A DNA stretch of 64,000 nt from an uncultured Gammaproteobacteria bacterium (GTDB taxonomy: Bacteria; Patescibacteriota; Microgenomatia; Daviesbacterales; UBA10151), in the NCBI GenBank assembly GCA_964415615.1, contig CAYQAW010000004.1, positions 21,543 through 85,542 on the forward strand, in the 5' to 3' direction. Position numbers and translations under genes: made by a program. Positions within the stretch are counted from its first letter, which is position 1. Each line of letters opens with the position of its first letter. Below are positions 62,809-64,000 of the stretch, one piece after another. The notes under the pieces are model-generated. The model made no database searches, was not told the DNA's origin, and was given only the letters and a program-made list of their open reading frames with translations.

Positions 62809-64000
62809 AAATATTCAAAATCTTTACAAATCAATATTTCTGGGTTTTACTGATAATTATAGGAGGCCTGCTGGTCAGGCTTTATAAAATTGACTCGCCA
62901 ATTGCAGATTGGCATTCCTGGAGACAGGCAGATACGGCAGCTGTAACCAGAAATTTTATAAAAGAGGGTTTTAATCCCTTTTTCCCGAAATATGATGATA
63001 TGACAGGAGTATCTGAACATCCAGTTGTAAATCCTGCGAGATTCCGTTTTGTGGAGTTTCCCTTATATAATATTTTTGTTTATCCGTTTTATTTAGTGTT
63101 TGGCATAAATGATCAATTTCACCGGTTAGTATCTGTTCTATTCTCTCTGGGCAGCACAGCTATTTTATTTTTTATTGTAAGAAAATATACAAGTGTTTTT
63201 GTAGGTTTAGCTTCTGCTTTTGTGTTTGCCTTTTTACCCTTTAATGTTTTTTTTAGCAGAACAACTTTGCCTGAGCCAACTTTTATCTTTTTTGCATTAG
63301 GGATGATTTATTTTGTAGGGAATTGGATTGAGAAGGGTCGGGGAATTTTGGGAATTCAGGGAATTTGGGGATTTATCTTTACAGCAATTGCATTTTTGAT
63401 AAAACCGTGGGCGATATTTTTCTTTTTACCTTTAATATATTCAGTTTTTGTTACAAAGAATACTGGAAGATTTTGGATTAAATTTATTCTATTTACAACT
63501 CTTGCTTTGCTACCCTTTATTTTATGGAGGCTTTGGATATTGCAGCAACCTCAAGGGATTCCGGCCTCAAGTTGGTTAGTAAATAGTGATGGAATACGTT
63601 TTAGACCCGCATTTTGGTGGTGGATAGTTTCCGAACGGATGGGGCGGGAAATACTTGGAGCAACAGGGCTAGTATTATTTTTTATTGGATTTCTCAGCAG
63701 ACCAAAGAACGGAAAATACTTTTTGCATATTTGGGCTTTATCTTCTTTTCTATTTATAGTAATTTTTGCAACAGGCAATGTTAGACACAATTATTACCAA
63801 TCACAATTTATCCCTATTGGTAGTATTTTTTTCTCTTTAGGTTTTGTGCAGCTTTTAAAAGGAAGCAATCAATTTATTGCAAGAATATGGACAATACTTA
63901 TTGCATTAATTTTGTTCCCGCTGTCTTTTTACTTTGGATTTAAAATTGTTAAAGAATTTTATAATATAAACAATCCTGTGATTGTTGAGGCAGGTAAGAA
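62805..64000 (+). CDS. ArnT/PMT-like GT-C glycosyltransferase (partial, runs off the window)
   Basis: Manual translation from ATG 62805: RLYKIDSPIADWHSWRQADTAAV.RNF, VEFPLY, FFSRTTLPEP, LIKP, GNVRHNYYQ. No stop seen, so it is absent from the track. Confidence 0.85.
   Translation, partial: MKIFKIFTNQYFWVLLIIIGGLLVRLYKIDSPIADWHSWRQADTAAVTRNFIKEGFNPFFPKYDDMTGVSEHPVVNPARFRFVEFPLYNIFVYPFYLVFGINDQFHRLVSVLFSLGSTAILFFIVRKYTSVFVGLASAFVFAFLPFNVFFSRTTLPEPTFIFFALGMIYFVGNWIEKGRGILGIQGIWGFIFTAIAFLIKPWAIFFFLPLIYSVFVTKNTGRFWIKFILFTTLALLPFILWRLWILQQPQGIPASSWLVNSDGIRFRPAFWWWIVSERMGREILGATGLVLFFIGFLSRPKNGKYFLHIWALSSFLFIVIFATGNVRHNYYQSQFIPIGSIFFSLGFVQLLKGSNQFIARIWTILIALILFPLSFYFGFKIVKEFYNINNPVIVEAGK
63342..63377 (+). 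repeat. In-frame degenerate 9-mer tandem repeat
   Basis: GGAATTTTG GGAATTCAG GGAATTTGG GGATTTATC encoding GIL-GIQ-GIW-GFI. Confidence 0.55.

Noticed and set aside
4924-63790. Numerous 60-150 aa ORFs antisense or out of frame within longer genes (e.g. 10576..11031, 25757..26092, 54320..54703)
   Set aside because: They are fully nested in well-supported CDSs, have no recognisable motifs and are expected shadow ORFs.
1-64000. Alternative genetic code (TGA read-through), RNA genes and homopolymer phase-variation tracts
   Set aside because: TGA ends many full-length genes with ATGA coupling, so the standard code fits. No tRNA- or rRNA-like segment was recognised. A/T runs of 8-9 nt are expected at this composition, and no frameshifted gene was found at them.

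Overview
Gene-dense, AT-rich bacterial window read in the standard code (TGA is a stop), occupied almost entirely by one very large cell-surface glycosylation region. It encodes nucleotide-sugar enzymes (WecB-like epimerase, two UDP-glucose-dehydrogenase-family proteins, a UXS-like decarboxylase, RfbF, GalE, a sugar C-methyltransferase and two BcbE-like nucleotidyltransferases with a HAD phosphatase). It also has about a dozen GT2/GT4-type transferases, a STELLO-like protein, four class I methyltransferases, two hexapeptide acyltransferases, a Wzx flippase, an O-antigen-ligase-like protein and about 12 polytopic GT-C-like membrane proteins. NadE, GDPD, IMPase, Gfo/Idh/MocA and histidine-phosphatase genes are interspersed. 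The gene repertoire, scarce Shine-Dalgarno motifs and many apparently leaderless starts suggest a Patescibacteria (CPR, Microgenomates-like) genome; this is inference. Highlights: (1) two tandem giant GT-C genes share a 1,674-bp apparently identical 5' block but have diverged extracellular C-terminal modules, one with a DUF5667-like insert, and each is followed by a small coupled membrane ORF; (2) an rfbF-UXS-ugd-C-methyltransferase gene run with no rfbG; (3) a recurrent A-[ST]-x-S-[AG] motif in extracytoplasmic domains, a candidate glycosylation sequon; (4) -10 boxes 6-7 nt before start codons and overlapping bidirectional -10 elements. No rRNA, tRNA, CRISPR array or transposase was recognised. 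All family calls come from visual motif recognition, not database searches.
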